Assembly (NCBI GenBank): GCA_030390025.1
Contig: CM059431.1
Coordinates: 135,100,001 to 135,164,000, forward strand
Length of the DNA stretch: 64,000 nucleotides
Origin: Squalus acanthias
Taxonomy: Eukaryota
Reading direction: 5' to 3'
Shown here: positions 11,835 to 24,782 of the stretch, piece after piece
Layout of the letters: every line of letters begins with the position of its first letter
Numbering within the stretch: position 1 is the first letter of the stretch
Notes under the pieces: model-generated
Databases searched by the model: none
Told to the model about the DNA's origin: nothing
The model's input: the letters and a program-made list of their open reading frames with translations, nothing else
Translations under genes and position numbers: made by a program

Positions 11835-14410
11835 ACATCTCTGCCATTTTTTTATACCCCATTTCAATTTCTCCTGTCTCTGACTCTAAGGGACCCATAT
11901 TTACTTTCGCTAATCTCTTGCTTTTTGCATGCTTGTAAAAGCTCTACAGTCTGTTTTTATTGTTTCTTGCTAGTTTATTCTCATTCTATTTTCTTCCTCT
12001 TTATCAATTTTTGGTCATCCTTTACTACTCTTTTTGGCAACATTGTAAGCTTTTTCTTTTAATCTAATACTATCTTTAACTTCTCTGTTTAGCCACGGTT
12101 GTACCACTATCCAGTGGAGTTTTTAGATCCGTTGAGAATTATGAATTGTTTCTTTTAATGTTTGCCATTGCTTATCAGCCGTCATATCATTTAATCTAAT
12201 ATCCCAATGTACCTCAGCCAACTTGCCCCTCATACCTCCGTAATTGGCTTTGTTTAATTTTAATATCCTAGTTTCAGATTTAACCACATCACTCTCAAAC
12301 TTAATATGAAATTCTATCATATTATGATCAACTGTATATCCAAGTACTTTTTAAATGCAATGAGAGTTTCTGTCTCTACCACCCTTTCAGGCAGTGAGTT
12401 CCAGACCCCCACCACCGTCTGGGTGAAAAAATTTCTCCTCAACTCCACCAATCGTTCTACCAATTACTTTAAATCTGTGCTCCCGGGCTATTGATCTCTC
12501 TGCTAAGGGAAATATGTCCTTCCAATCCACTCTATCTAGGCCCCTCATAATTTTATACACCTCAATTAAATCTCTCCTCAGCATCCTCTGTTCCAAAGAA
12601 AACAACCGCAGCCTATCCGATCTTTCCTCATAGCTAAAATTCTCCAGTCCTGGCAACATCACCGTAAATCTCCTCTGTACCCTCTCTAGCGCAATCACAT
12701 CTTTCCTGTAATCTGGTGACCAGAACTGTACGCACTCCCTGAGCTGTGGCCTACTAGTGTTTTATACAGTTGAAGCTCTTATATTCTATTCCTCGGCTAC
12801 TAAAGGAAAGTATCCAATATGCCTTCTTAACCACCTTAGCTACCTGTCCAGCTAACTTCAGGGATCTGTGGACATGCACTCCAAGGTCCCTCTGTTCCGC
12901 TAAACTTCTCAGTATCCTATCATTTATTGTGTATTGCCTTGCCTTGTTAACCCTCACCAAATGCATTACTTCACACTTGTCCAGATTGAATTCCATTTGC
13001 CACTTTTCTGCCCACCTGACCAGTCCATTGCTATCTTCCTGCAGTCTGCTGCTTTCTTCCTCACTATCAACCATTAGGCCAATTTTTGTATTATCTGCAA
13101 ACTTCTTAATCATGCCCCCTACATTGAAGTCTAAGTCATTGATATATACCACAAAAAGCAAGGGACCTAATACTGAGCCCTGCGGAACCCCACTGGAAAC
13201 AACGTTCCAGTCACAAAAACACCCGTTGACCATTACCATTTGCTTCCTGCCACTGAGCCAATTTTGAATCAAACTTGCCATTTTCCCTTGGATCCCAGAG
13301 GCTTTTACTTTTCTGACCAGTCTGCCGAGTGAGGCCTTGTCGAAGCCTTGCTAATATCCATGTAGACTACATCAAACGCGCTACCCTCATCGACCCTCCT
13401 TGTTACCTCCTCAAAACATGTAATCAAGTTAGTCAGACACGACCTCCCCTCAGCAAATCCATGCTAACTGTCCTTGATTAATCCGTGCCTTTCTAAATGA
13501 CGATTAATTCTGTCCTTCAGAATTTTTCCCAGTAATTTGCCCACCACCGAGGTTAGGTTGACTGCCCTGTAATTACTCAGTCTATCCCTTTCTCCCTTTT
13601 TAAACAACGGTATAACATTAGCAGTTGTCCAGATGTCTGGCACTACACCTGTAGCCAGAGAGGATTAGAAAATGATGGTCAGAGCCTCTGCTATTTCTTC
13701 CCTTGTCTCTCATAACAGCCTGGGATACATTTCATCTGGGTCTCACTGCTCAGAAATTTGCCTACATATTTGCTCTGCTATCTCCCTCTGACTGTTTGGG
13801 TGGTCCTTAGTACACTCTCAGCAATGTGAGTGCCCCTTTTTTGTTCTTCAGTTCAACCCATACGGCCTCATTTGATGATTCTTCTAACATATCATCCCTC
13901 CTCATAGCTGTAATTGTCTCTTTAACTAATATTGCAACTATGATATCATACTTCTACGTGTCTATCTGTGCCCTCACTAGACTCTTTGCATTGAAGTATA
14001 TGCTATTAAGCTCTGCCAAACTCCTTTGTTGTCTATTTTCTAGCCTTTGTTTCCTCTGCCTTCCAAACTCACTTATTAATTTACTGCCTTCCATTTTCAG
14101 ATTTGCTTCTCTCTCTTCTGAATCCATGCTCAGGTTCCCATCCCCCTGCCAAGCTAGTTTAAACCCTCCCCAACAACACTAGCAACCCCACCGCGAGGAC
14201 ATTTGTCCCGGCCCTGTTGAGGTGCAACCCATTCGGCTTGTACAGTTCCCACCTTGCCCAGAACTGGTCCCAATGCCTCAGGAATCTAAAGCACTCCATC
14301 CTGCATCATCTCTCCAGCTACACATTTATCTGCTCTATCTCCCTATTTCTGTTCTCACGAGCACGTGACACCGGGACTAATCCAGAAGTTACTACCTTTG
14401 AGGTCCTGTC
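11835..14410 (-). mobile_element. Composite of CR1 fragments (endonuclease-linker, RT and ORF1 parts)
   Basis: Minus ORFs 12123-12320, 12387-12698 and 12754-13281 (GVPQGSVLGPLLFVVYINDLD..KFADNTK). ORF1-esterase-like sequence at ~14160-14410. Confidence 0.9.
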
Positions 14411-17400
14411 CTGCTGAAGACTTGTGCTCCATAACTAGCCAAGCTGTTCCAGTACAGCTACAACACTGGCATCTACCCGACAATGTGGAAAATTGCCCAG
14501 GTATGTCCTGTCCACAAAAAGCAGGACAAATCTAATCCGGCCAATTACCGCCCCATCAGTTTACTCTCAATCATCAGCAAAGTGATGGACGGTGTCATCG
14601 ACAGTGCTATCAAGTGACACTCCCCAATAACCTGCTCACTGATGCTCAGTTTGGGTTCCGCCAAGACCACTCTGCTCCAGATCTCATGACAGCCTTGGTC
14701 CAAACATGGACAAAATACCTGAATTCCAGAGGTGAGGTGAGAGTGACTGCCCTTGAAATCAAGGCAGCATTTGACCGAGTGTGGCATCAAGGAACCCTAG
14801 TAAAATTGAAGTAATTGGTAATCGGGGAAAACTCTCCACTGGCTATAGTCATACCTAGTATAAAGGAAGATGGTTGTGGTTGTTGGAGGTCAATCATCTC
14901 AGCCCCAGGACACCGCTGCAGGAGTTCCTCAGGGCAGTGTTGTAGGCCCAACCATCTTCAGCTGCTTCATCAATAACATTCCCTCCTTCATAAGGTCAGA
15001 AATGGGGATGTTCGCTGATGATTGCACAGCGCAACTCCTCAGATAATGAAGCAGTCCATGCCCACCTGCAGCAAGACCTAGATGACATTCAGGCTTGGAC
15101 TGGCAAGTGGCAAGTAACATTCACGCCACAGAAGTGCCAGGCAATGACCATCTCCAACAAGAGAGAGAGTCCAACCACCAGCCCTTCACATTCAACGGCA
15201 TTACCTTTGCAGAATCGCCCACCATCAAAATCCTGGGGGCCACCTTGATCAGAAACTTAACTGGATCAGCCACATAAATACTGTGGCTACAAGAGCAGGT
15301 CAGAGGCTGGGTATTCTGTGGCGAGTGTCTCACAACCTGACTCCCCAAAGCCTTTCCACCATCTGCAAGACACAAGTCAGGAGTATGATGGAATACTCTC
15401 CGCTTGCCTGGATGAGTGCAGCTCCAACAACAATCAAGAAGCTCGACACCATCCAAGACAAAGCAGCCATTTGATTGGCACCCCATCCACCATCTTAAAC
15501 ATTCACTCCCTCCACCACCGGCGCACTGTGTACCATCTACAAGATGCACTGCAGCAACTAGCCAACCCTTCTTCATTAGCACCTCCCAAACCCGCGATCT
15601 CTACTACCTAGAAGGACAAGGGCAGCAGGCGCATGGGAACACCATCACCTGCAAGTTCCCCTCCAAATTACACACCATCCTGACTTGGAAATATATCGGC
15701 ATTGCTTCATCATCGCTAGGTCATCAATCCTGTAACTCCCTCCCTAACAACTGTAAGGGGTTCGGTCGTAGGTGCTTGTGCGGGGTTAGGCCTTCGTTGC
15801 CTAATGCTATTGCTTGCTCTGGTCTCCAGCCAGCCCTGTTGCAATAAGCACCTGTGAGTGGTTCGACCCACTCGCCCTTACGGTTCTGACACTGGACTTA
15901 GATGCGAGAGCAGTAATGCAGAGAAAAACTCAAATAGACCCGGTTGAATAGTACGAAATGGAAATCTTTATTGCATAGCATCCAAAATCATGAAGTACAT
16001 GTCATAGGCACAAATTAATGACAGTACAAGTATACATACATTCATAAAGCTTGGTCTAGGGTAATGAGGAACGCACGGCACATCGTAAAAAGGGGAACAC
16101 ATTATATTTTATCCTTAATAAAACCACCCTCCCCTATCAATACCTACACTATATCTAGATTTGTAGGATCGGGACACATGCTCACCACTCGTGATACTTC
16201 GGAGAATTATAAACGAGGCACTCGGCTTGTTTTGCTGCAGTACCTGACTGTCACGTGTTGGAAGGGGTCTCTGTACCCCACTTGTTTATCTTCTCTGCTC
16301 CGGCTAGCAGGCTAGGCTCCCCGTTGTCATGAAGAACTCGACAGTGCTCGGGCCCGGCTGTAGAACTCAAAGAAAAGTCTTTCTGGACCGACACCAGTTA
16401 CCGGTAAAATTCAAAGAAGAGTCTTCCTGTATCGACACCGGTTGTCGATAGAATTCGAAAGAGAGTCTTCCACTGGTCCGGGCAGCAACCTGATAGAGTT
16501 CAAAAATGGTCTTTATATTTACGGGCGCGGTCGGGGTTTACTGACCGCGGCGGCACGTGGATTCTTCTTCTTCTCTTCTCATCTCGTCTTGTCGGGCCTT
16601 CGGGTCCAAAACACTGTTTACCGACGCTCGGGATGGTGCACCCGATCACTGGCCTTCGTCGGGGCGGTTCGTTCTGCTTGAGCTCCACCCAACATTCGAG
16701 TAACCGTCCAGCACGGCTAGAGTCCAGAGGCAACAGAAGGCTGCTCGTCCAACAGAGCGATACCCGAGGATAAGGATAAGAGATCGATGGACATTTGTTG
16801 TCTATAGTTATAGTGCTGGGTTCCCTTATCTCCCGCCCAAATCTTAATGTTCATCCTTTGTAAAATCTTGGCGCTCAAAATTCCCAGTATGGGGTGATTC
16901 TTGTTTGTAATGGGTTTCGGTAGCACCTGAGACTGGCCAACTACCCGTTAATGTTTTCCCCATTGTGGAACCGGCTAGGAGCCTCTCTGGCGGGGTTTTG
17001 GGGGCCTCCGAATACTTGTGTAAGCACCCGAGAATGGCTCTCTCATTGTAGAGCCGTGGGGGAATTTGCGTATTGATGTATCGGGATGGGCCTTCGATTG
17101 CCCAGTACAATGGTCCTTACTTGTGCATGGAAAACGATTCCAGCACTTATATCTCTTGCTATTGTGTCGAATGCAGACAGGTTGTGTCTTGTCTTTATCA
17201 GTGTTTGCTGAGTATTGTCCAATCTTATACTGAAATGTATATTCGAACGCCATCTTGTCTGCCCACTGAAAATTCTGGAAGCTTCTGCCACGAGGTGCGG
17301 CGGCCATTTTACAGGCTTCTGTGTCCTGTCTAATCATGACAGCATTTTGTTTAAATAAAACTGATGAAACGAATCTGCTTTATCTCGTTATTTCGAATCG

Positions 17401-17525
17401 CGATAATTGCGAATTTTACACAACGCTATGGGAGTACCTTCACCTCACGGACTGCAGCGGTTCAAGAAGGCAGCTCACCACCAACTTCTCAAGGGCAATT
17501 AGGGATGGGCAATAAATGCTGGGCC
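14411..17525 (+). mobile_element. RT/3' half of the second (tRNA-headed, CR1/Jockey-group) LINE family, split by a solo LTR
   Basis: QFGFRQDHSAPDL..KAAFDRVWHQG and RSMMEYSPLAW motifs. The 3' end (CAAGGGCAATTAGGGATGGGCAATAAATGC) resumes at 17421 after the LTR. Confidence 0.9.
15752..17420 (-). mobile_element. Solo LTR (ERV or Gypsy), 1669 bp
   Basis: TGTAAGGGG...TTTTACA termini. 4-bp TSD CAAC at 15748-15751 and 17421-17424. The host LINE is contiguous across it. Minus-strand AATAAA at 15967-15972 and TATA-like sequence at 16511-16521. Confidence 0.9.
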
Positions 17526-18723
17526 TCCTTATTTTCCTTACCAGAATGTAATACCTCACACTTAGCTAAGTTGAAATACATCCACTGCAGGGCATCCGTG
17601 AGGCTGAGAGCCAAGTGGATAGCACATTTCAGGTCACCCCGCAGCTTAAGCGTTTGCAGGCAGAGATGGAATGGGTGACCGCCAGACAGACAAGGAGGAC
17701 CAGGCAGGTAGTTCAGGAGTCGCCTGAGTGCATCTCGCTCTCTAACTGGTCTGAATACTGGTGAGGGAGATAATTCCTCTGGGGAGTGCAACCAGAGCCA
17801 AGTCCACGGCATCATGGGTGGCTGAGCTGTACAACGGGGAAGAAGTAAGGTCAGGAAAGTAATAGTGATAGGGGCTTCAATAGTTTGGGGGACAGACAGG
17901 CATTTCTGTGGCCGCAGACGTGACTCCAGGATGGTATGTTGTCTCCCTGGTGCCAGGGTCAAGGATGTCACTGAGCGGCTGCAGGACATTCTGAGGTTGT
18001 GGTCCATATCAGTACCAATGACATAGGTAGAAAGAGGGATGAGGTCCTGCAGGCAGATTTTAGAGAGCTAGGAAAGATTAATAAGCAGGACTTCAAAGGT
18101 AGTAATCTCCGGATTACTCCCGGTGCCATGTGTTTGTGAGTACAGAAATAGGTGGACAGAACAGATGAATGCATGGCTGGAGAGATGGTGCAGGAGGGAG
18201 GGCTTTAGATTCGTGAGGCCTTGGGACCGGTTCTGGGGAAGGTGGGACCTGTACAAACCGGACAGGTTGCACCTCAACAGGGTCAGGACCAATATCCTTG
18301 TGGTGGGATTTGCTAGTTGGGGAGGGGAGGGTTTAAACTAGCTTGGCAGGGGGATGGGAACCTGAGCATAGAGTCAGAGGGAGAGAATGCAAGCTGGAAA
18401 TGGAAGGCAGTAAATTAATAAGTGAGTTGGAAGGCAGAGGAAAAAAGGTTAGAAAATAGATAACAAAGGGGTTTGGCAGTGCTTAATGGTATATACTTCA
18501 ATGCAAGGAGTCTAGTAAATAAGGCAGATAAGCTGAGGGCACAGATTGACATGTGGAAGTACGATATCATAGCTATTACTGAAACATGGCTGAAAGAAGG
18601 GCAGGAATGGCAGCTCAACATTCCTGAGTACAGGGTTTTCAGACGAGATAGAGAAGGGGATAAAAAAGGAGGGGGGTCGCAATATTGGTTAAAGAAACAA
18701 TTACAGCTATGACGAGGGATGAT

Positions 18724-21700
18724 GGGTTAGAAATTCATTATAGCCCAGGAATGAGCGGTATCTTTAGAAAAGTTTGAGAATTAGTGGTAGGTGCTAATGC
18801 TTTAGACTGCACGCAAAATTCATGCTCACTGCTCAAAGAAATGATTGAGGCGCTAAATCAAGTCTTAAAGGCCTAGCTCAGTGGCGTCACACTCAAAGGG
18901 TGGACCAATATCGGGTGCAGTCTAATCTCAACTCATCATTGCCACAGGCTGTTCCCAGTACTTAAAGGGGAGGTTCATTGATACTGCAGCAACTCATTCT
19001 CAGCATTGCTGGCTGTGCAGCTACCCCAGCAAGGGGAAGCACAACAAGGAGAAGGAGCTGGAGGAATGAAGCAGGTGTGCTCATGGCAGATCCACCTCAG
19101 TCGGGTGGTCAGGGTGATTGAATGATTCAACAAATGCTACACACCACCATCTGTACTACAAGCTTCACACACTGCCCAAAGCACCACACCCCCAGCGCTC
19201 ACCCACAACAATCTCTACCTACCAACACTCACACCCACATCTCACGCTTTGTACACAATGACAGCTATTCAACTATGACAGGCTCAAGGGTCATTAGTTA
19301 TTAGAATGAATGTGATATATGTGGTATGTTTATACATAAATTTATTAATGGAGTTTGCAATATTTTGTGGTCTCTCTCATTTCACCTTTGCTGTGATCTG
19401 GCATGACACAGGGATGATATGATGGGCATGTGGTGAGCAAAAGGAATCTGGGGTTTAAGTCATCCTGCTGTGAGGCTGGAGGTCTGTTTGGAGGAGGTGG
19501 CAGAGTTCTGTGATCACCACCTTGGTGATGCGGAGCCATCTAATACACTTCTCCTCGCTAAAGGGATTGAAGGCGGACAAATCCCCAGGGCCTGATAACA
19601 TGCATCCTAGGGTACTGAAGGAGGTGGCCCTAGAGATAGCGGATGCACTAAGTATGATTTTTCAGAATTCATTAGACTCGGGAACAGTGCCCATGGATTG
19701 GAGGGTAGCTAACGTTACCCCACTATTCAAAAAGGGGGGTAGGGAAAAAGCAGGTAATTACAGACCTGTAAGCCTTACATCAGTTGTGGGCAAAATGCTG
19801 GAGTCCATCATTAAGGATGAAATAGCGGAGCACTTAGCAAATGGGGACAGGATAGGACAGAGTCAACATGGATTTACAAAGGGTAAATCGTGCTTGACTA
19901 ATCTATTGGAATTTTTTGAGGGAGTAACTGGTAAAATAGATGGGGGAGAGCCAGTAGATGTGGTGTACCTGGACTTCCAAAAGGCCTTCGACAAGGTCCC
20001 ACATAAAAGATTAGCATGGAAAATTGAAGCTCATGGGATAAAGGGGAAAGTATTGACGTGGATAGAGAACTGGCTGTCAGATAGAAAACAGAGAGTTGGA
20101 ATAAACGGCTCATTTTCTGAATGGCAGGCAGTAACAAGTGGGGTACCACAGGGATCTGTCCTGGGTCCCCAGCTGTTCACAATTTACATTAATGACCTGG
20201 ATCAGGGAGTCGGATGCAGCATTTCCAAATTTGCAGACGACACTAAACTAGGAGGGGGGGTGGGCTCAGAGGAGGAGACCAGGAAGCTCCAGAGCGACTT
20301 GGACAGACTGGGTGATTGGGCGGATAAATGGCAGATGCACTATAATGTGGACAAGTGCGAAGTTATCCACCTTGGGTGCAGGAACGGGAGGGCAAATTAT
20401 TATTTAAATGGCAATAAATTGGGAGAGGGGGAAGTACAGAGAGACCTGGGTGTTCTTGTACACCAGTCACTGAAGGCGAGCATGTAGGTGCAACAGGCGG
20501 TCAAGAAGGCAAACGGTATGCTGGCCTTCATAGCAAAAGGGTTGGAATACAGGAACAGGGATACCTTGCTGCAGCTGTACAGGGCACTGGTGAGACCACA
20601 GCTCGAGTACTGTGTACAGTTTTGGTCGCCTCATCTGAGGAAAGATGTTCTTGCCATGGAGGGGGTGCAGCGGCGATTCACCAGGCTGATACCAGGAATG
20701 GCGGGATTGACCTATGAGGAGAGACTATGTAGTTTAGAGATGTACACACTGGAGTTTAGAAGATTGAGAGGGGACCTCATAGAAGTGTATAAAATTCTGA
20801 CAGGTCTAGACAGACTAGATGCAGAAGGAATGTTTCCCTTGGCGGGTGAGAACAGAACTAGAGGACATAATTTAAGGATAAGGGCTAAACCATTTAGGAC
20901 AGAAATGAGGGGGAATTTCTTCACTCAGAGGGTGGTGAACCTGTGGAACTCATTGCCACAGAGGGCAGTGTACGCCAGCTCATTAAATATATTTAAGAGG
21001 GAATTAGATATATTTCTACAGGCAAAAGGGGTTAAGGGTTACGGAGAGAAGGCGGGGACGGGATACTGAATTGGAGGATCAGCCATGATCTCATTAAATG
21101 GCGGAGCAGGCTCGAAGGGCCGGATGGCCTACTCCTGCTCCTATCTTCTATGTATCTATGTATCTATAAGTGCTGTTGGATTACCCTCAGAGGGTGAGGC
21201 CTCCGGGTGAGAGCCCTGATGTTCCTCCTCATCCCTCTGCGTGCATGTTCCCGTATTTCTCGCTGCCTATGCTCCCCCTGCCGTAGATCCTGGAGGGCGA
21301 GGTGGTATGCCAGTACAGCCCCCATTAATGTTGCCAAGTGTAGCAGTTTGAATCATTGTACAATAAATGTAGGCACTTTGCACTTGCCAGAAGACTGCTG
21401 ATAAAAAAAGAGCCTTGAAATTACTCATACAAAGTTATCCACTAGCTGAAACTGACAAGAAACCACTGAAACTAACCTGCTCTGACAGCTATGAGTGATT
21501 AATGCGGATGTCTTTAAATAACGTCCCTGGAGCCAGCGTCCTGCAACTGTGCGCCTCCTCTCCCTGTCGCTGTCCGGTCGAGGCGCTAAGGTAAGTGGCG
21601 AAAATCAATTTTGCCTGGCATTGAAGTCCCTGGCAGTACCTCGTACCGGCGGCACAACAGGGAGTCTGGATTTGCCGTGCACCACTGGATTCGCCTCACC

Positions 21701-21780
21701 CCGGCACTACTGCATCAGCGCCCTGTTACTGCCCTCTGCAGGCGCTAACGGGAGGCGATAACCAACTGAATTTTCCCTCC
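18724..21780 (-). mobile_element. Internally deleted Harbinger element containing a CR1 insertion
   Basis: Termini GGGTTAGAAATTCA / TGAATTTTCCCTCC with imperfect TSD GAT/GTT. The left ~250 bp match the reverse complement of 46600-46850. A transposase 5' remnant lies on the minus strand at ~21170-21340. Confidence 0.8.
19545..21167 (+). mobile_element. Young 5'-truncated CR1 (HER1-like) LINE
   Basis: In-frame ORFs 19510-20487 and 20488-21069 are separated by a single TAG. Intact FADD motif. CTATGTAT repeat tail. Confidence 0.95.
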
Positions 21781-22593
21781 GTTATGTTCGAAGGATCATC
21801 AAATAAGGCCCTATGGGTTGAACTGAAGAATAAAAAAGGGCAATCATACAGCTGGGAGTGTACTATAGACCCCCAATAGTCAGAGGGAGATAGAAGAGCA
21901 AATACGTAGGCACATTTCTGAGAAGTGCAAAAACAATAGTGCAGTAATAGTAGGGGATTTCATCTACCCTAATATTAACTGGGATAGAATCAGTGTAAAA
22001 GGTATAGATGGTGCATTCAAGAGAACCTTTTTAGCCAGTGCGTAGCAAGCGCAACAAGAGAGGGGACAGTTTTGGACTTAGTTTTAGGGAATGAAGCTGG
22101 GCAGGTGGAAGGGGTATCAGTGGGGGTGAATTTTGGTGGTAGTGATCATAATTCAGTTAGATTTAGTGTAGTTACGGAAAAGGACAAAGATAGACCAGGA
22201 GTAAAAGTTCTCAATTGGGGAAAGGCCAATTTTACTAAGCTGAGATGTGATTTAGCAAAAGTGGATTGGAAACAGCTACTTGAAGGTAAATCAGCATCAG
22301 AGCAGTGGGAGGCATTCAAGGAGGAGATAGTGAGGGTTCAGAGCAAATATGTTCCCACAAAGAAAAAGGCTGGGACTCCCAAATCTAGAGCTTCAGGATG
22401 TCAAGTGGCATACAGGGTAGGATAAGGCAAAAAAGGAAAGCTTATGTCAGATACCGAGAACGAAATACTGCAAAAAGCCGAGAGGAGTATAGAAAGTGCA
22501 AGGGTGAAATTAAAAAGGAAATTAGGAAAGCAAAGAGAGAACATGGAAAAATATTGGCAAGTAACATCAAGGAAAACCTAAATATCTTTTATA

Positions 22594-24782
22594 ACATAAG
22601 AAATGGGAGCAGGAGTAGGCCATTCGGCACCTCGAGCCTGCTCCGCCATTCAGTAAGATCATGGCTGATCTTCTACCTCAACTCCATTTTCCTGCACTAT
22701 CCCCATATCCCTTGATTCTCTTAATATCCAAAAATCTATCGATCTCTGTCTTGAATATACTCAAAGAATGAGCCTCCACAGCCCTCTGGGGTAGAGAATT
22801 CTAAAGATTCATCACCCTCTGCCTTTCTATTTTTCCTACCAAAGTGGATAACTTCACATTTCTCAACATTATATTCCATTTGCCATGTTCTTGCCCACTC
22901 ACTTAGCCTGTCAATATCCCTTGAAGCCTCTTTGCATCCTCCTCACAACTTACATTCCCACCTAGCTTTGTATCATCAGCAAACTTGGATATATTACATT
23001 TGGTCCCCTCATCCAAATCATTGATATAGATTGTGAATAGCTGAGGCCCAAGCACTGATCCTTATGGTAGCTCACTAGTTACAGCCTGCCAACCCGAAAA
23101 TGACCTGTTTATTCCTACTCTCTTTTCTGTCCGTTAACCAATCCTCAATCCATGCTTGTATATTACCCCCAATCCCATGAGCCCTAATTTTGTTTAATAA
23201 CCTCTTGTGTGGCACCTTATCGAATGCCTTCTGAAAATCCAAATACACCACATCCACTGGTTTGCCTTTATCTATTCTGCTAGTTACAACCTCAAAAAAC
23301 TCTAACAGATTTGTCAAACACGATTTCCCTTTCATAAATCCATGTTGACTCTGCCCAATCCTATTATTATTTTCTAGGTGCCCTGTTACCACATCCTTAA
23401 TAATAGAGTCTAGCATTTTCCCTATTGCTGATGTCAGGCTAACTGGTCTGTAGTTCCCTGTTTTCTCTCTCCCTCCTTTCTTAAATAGTGGGGTTACATT
23501 TGCTACCTTCCAATCCCCGTGAACTGTTCTAGAATCTCTGGAATTTTGGAAGATGACAACCAATGCATCCACTATCTCTATAGCCACCTCTTTCAAAAAC
23601 CCTAGGATGTTGGTCATTAGCTCCAGGGGATTTATTGGTTTTCAGTCCCATTAATTTCTCCAGTAATATTTTTTTACCTAATACTAATTTCTTTCAGTTC
23701 CTCATTCTCGCAAGACCCTTTGTTGTCCAGTATTTCTGGGAGATTTTTTGCGTCTTCTTCCGTGAAGACAGACACAAAGGGCTCGATTTTGTCAATGGGG
23801 GCGTGATGGAGGCGGGACTCCCACTTTTTGGGTTGTAGTCCCGCCTCCATCGACTTGTGGCCAACCCACGCTACTTTCCCTTGATTGACCTTGTTAAGCC
23901 CGCCCAGCGGGCTCAGCAGGCCAATTAAGGGACACCTGGATACTGGTGACATCAGCGATTGACATTTCATCTGTCAAGAGCTTTTGACAGATGAAATATC
24001 AGCGTTTGACAGCTCTGTGAAGCTGTCAAACACTGACAATCTGTCTTCTAACTTGTGTCCTTCTACTCAGACTCAGTTAGAGAGCTCTCCAGACCAGAAA
24101 GCAGAGGCTGCAGCTTTTGACAGTTCAGTGGCCATTCTGCTTTCTGTGCCGGTGAGCTGAGGGACTCCCGAGAACTGAAGGGAGGAAGCCTGGAGGAGAA
24201 AGTAAAGGTAAGTAAAACTTATTAAAACACTTTACACACACCAAACACACTTACCTCTGCACTCATGCACCCATCACTCACCTGTACACCGGACATCTCG
24301 ACCCCTCCAAGCCCTGCAGACCGACGGTCCGCCTCGCTAACTTGGCGTGGTTTGGAGCCGTCAGGCAGCCCACACTTCAGGGCTAAAAATAGGGACTAGC
24401 CAAAAAACTGCCTGTTAACAGGCAGTTAATTGGCACTAATCCCCTTCCCGCCTCGGGCAGGCGGCTCCCAGAACAGGTCGGGTACCCTCCTCCTGGGACA
24501 TTGGCATGGAGGTGGGTTGGGGGCGGGATGGGTACGTGCCTCCCGATTCTGCAATTTTCCCACCACTCCCGCCTCCAAACCCGCCTCCACGGGGCTTGGA
24601 AATTCGAGCCCAAAGTATTTGTTTAATTTCTCTGCCATTTCCTTATTCCCCATTATAATTTCTCCTGTCTCAGCCTGTAAGGGACCCACATTTACTTTTG
24701 CTAATCTTTTCCTTTTTACATACCTATAGATGCTTTTACACTCTGTTTTTATGCCTCTCATTAGTTTACTCTCATATTCTAT
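22594..24782 (-). mobile_element. CR1 LINE (internally deleted) inserted antisense into the host CR1
   Basis: Reverse 3' tail from 22594. Minus ORF 23075-23617 encodes the RT N-terminal part. ACATAA occurs at both junctions. Confidence 0.9.
23779..24611. mobile_element. Harbinger-derived MITE, 833 bp
   Basis: TIRs GGGCTCGATTTT / AAATTCGAGCCC. TSD AAA at 23776-23778 and 24612-24614. The host CR1 is contiguous across it. A related copy lies at 54400-55213. Confidence 0.85.

Noticed and set aside
16844..17337. Retroviral accessory (Bet/Tas-like) ORFs in LTR 2
   Set aside because: The ORFs are short (88-120 aa), have no recognisable motifs and have no counterpart in LTR 1. They cannot be supported without a search.
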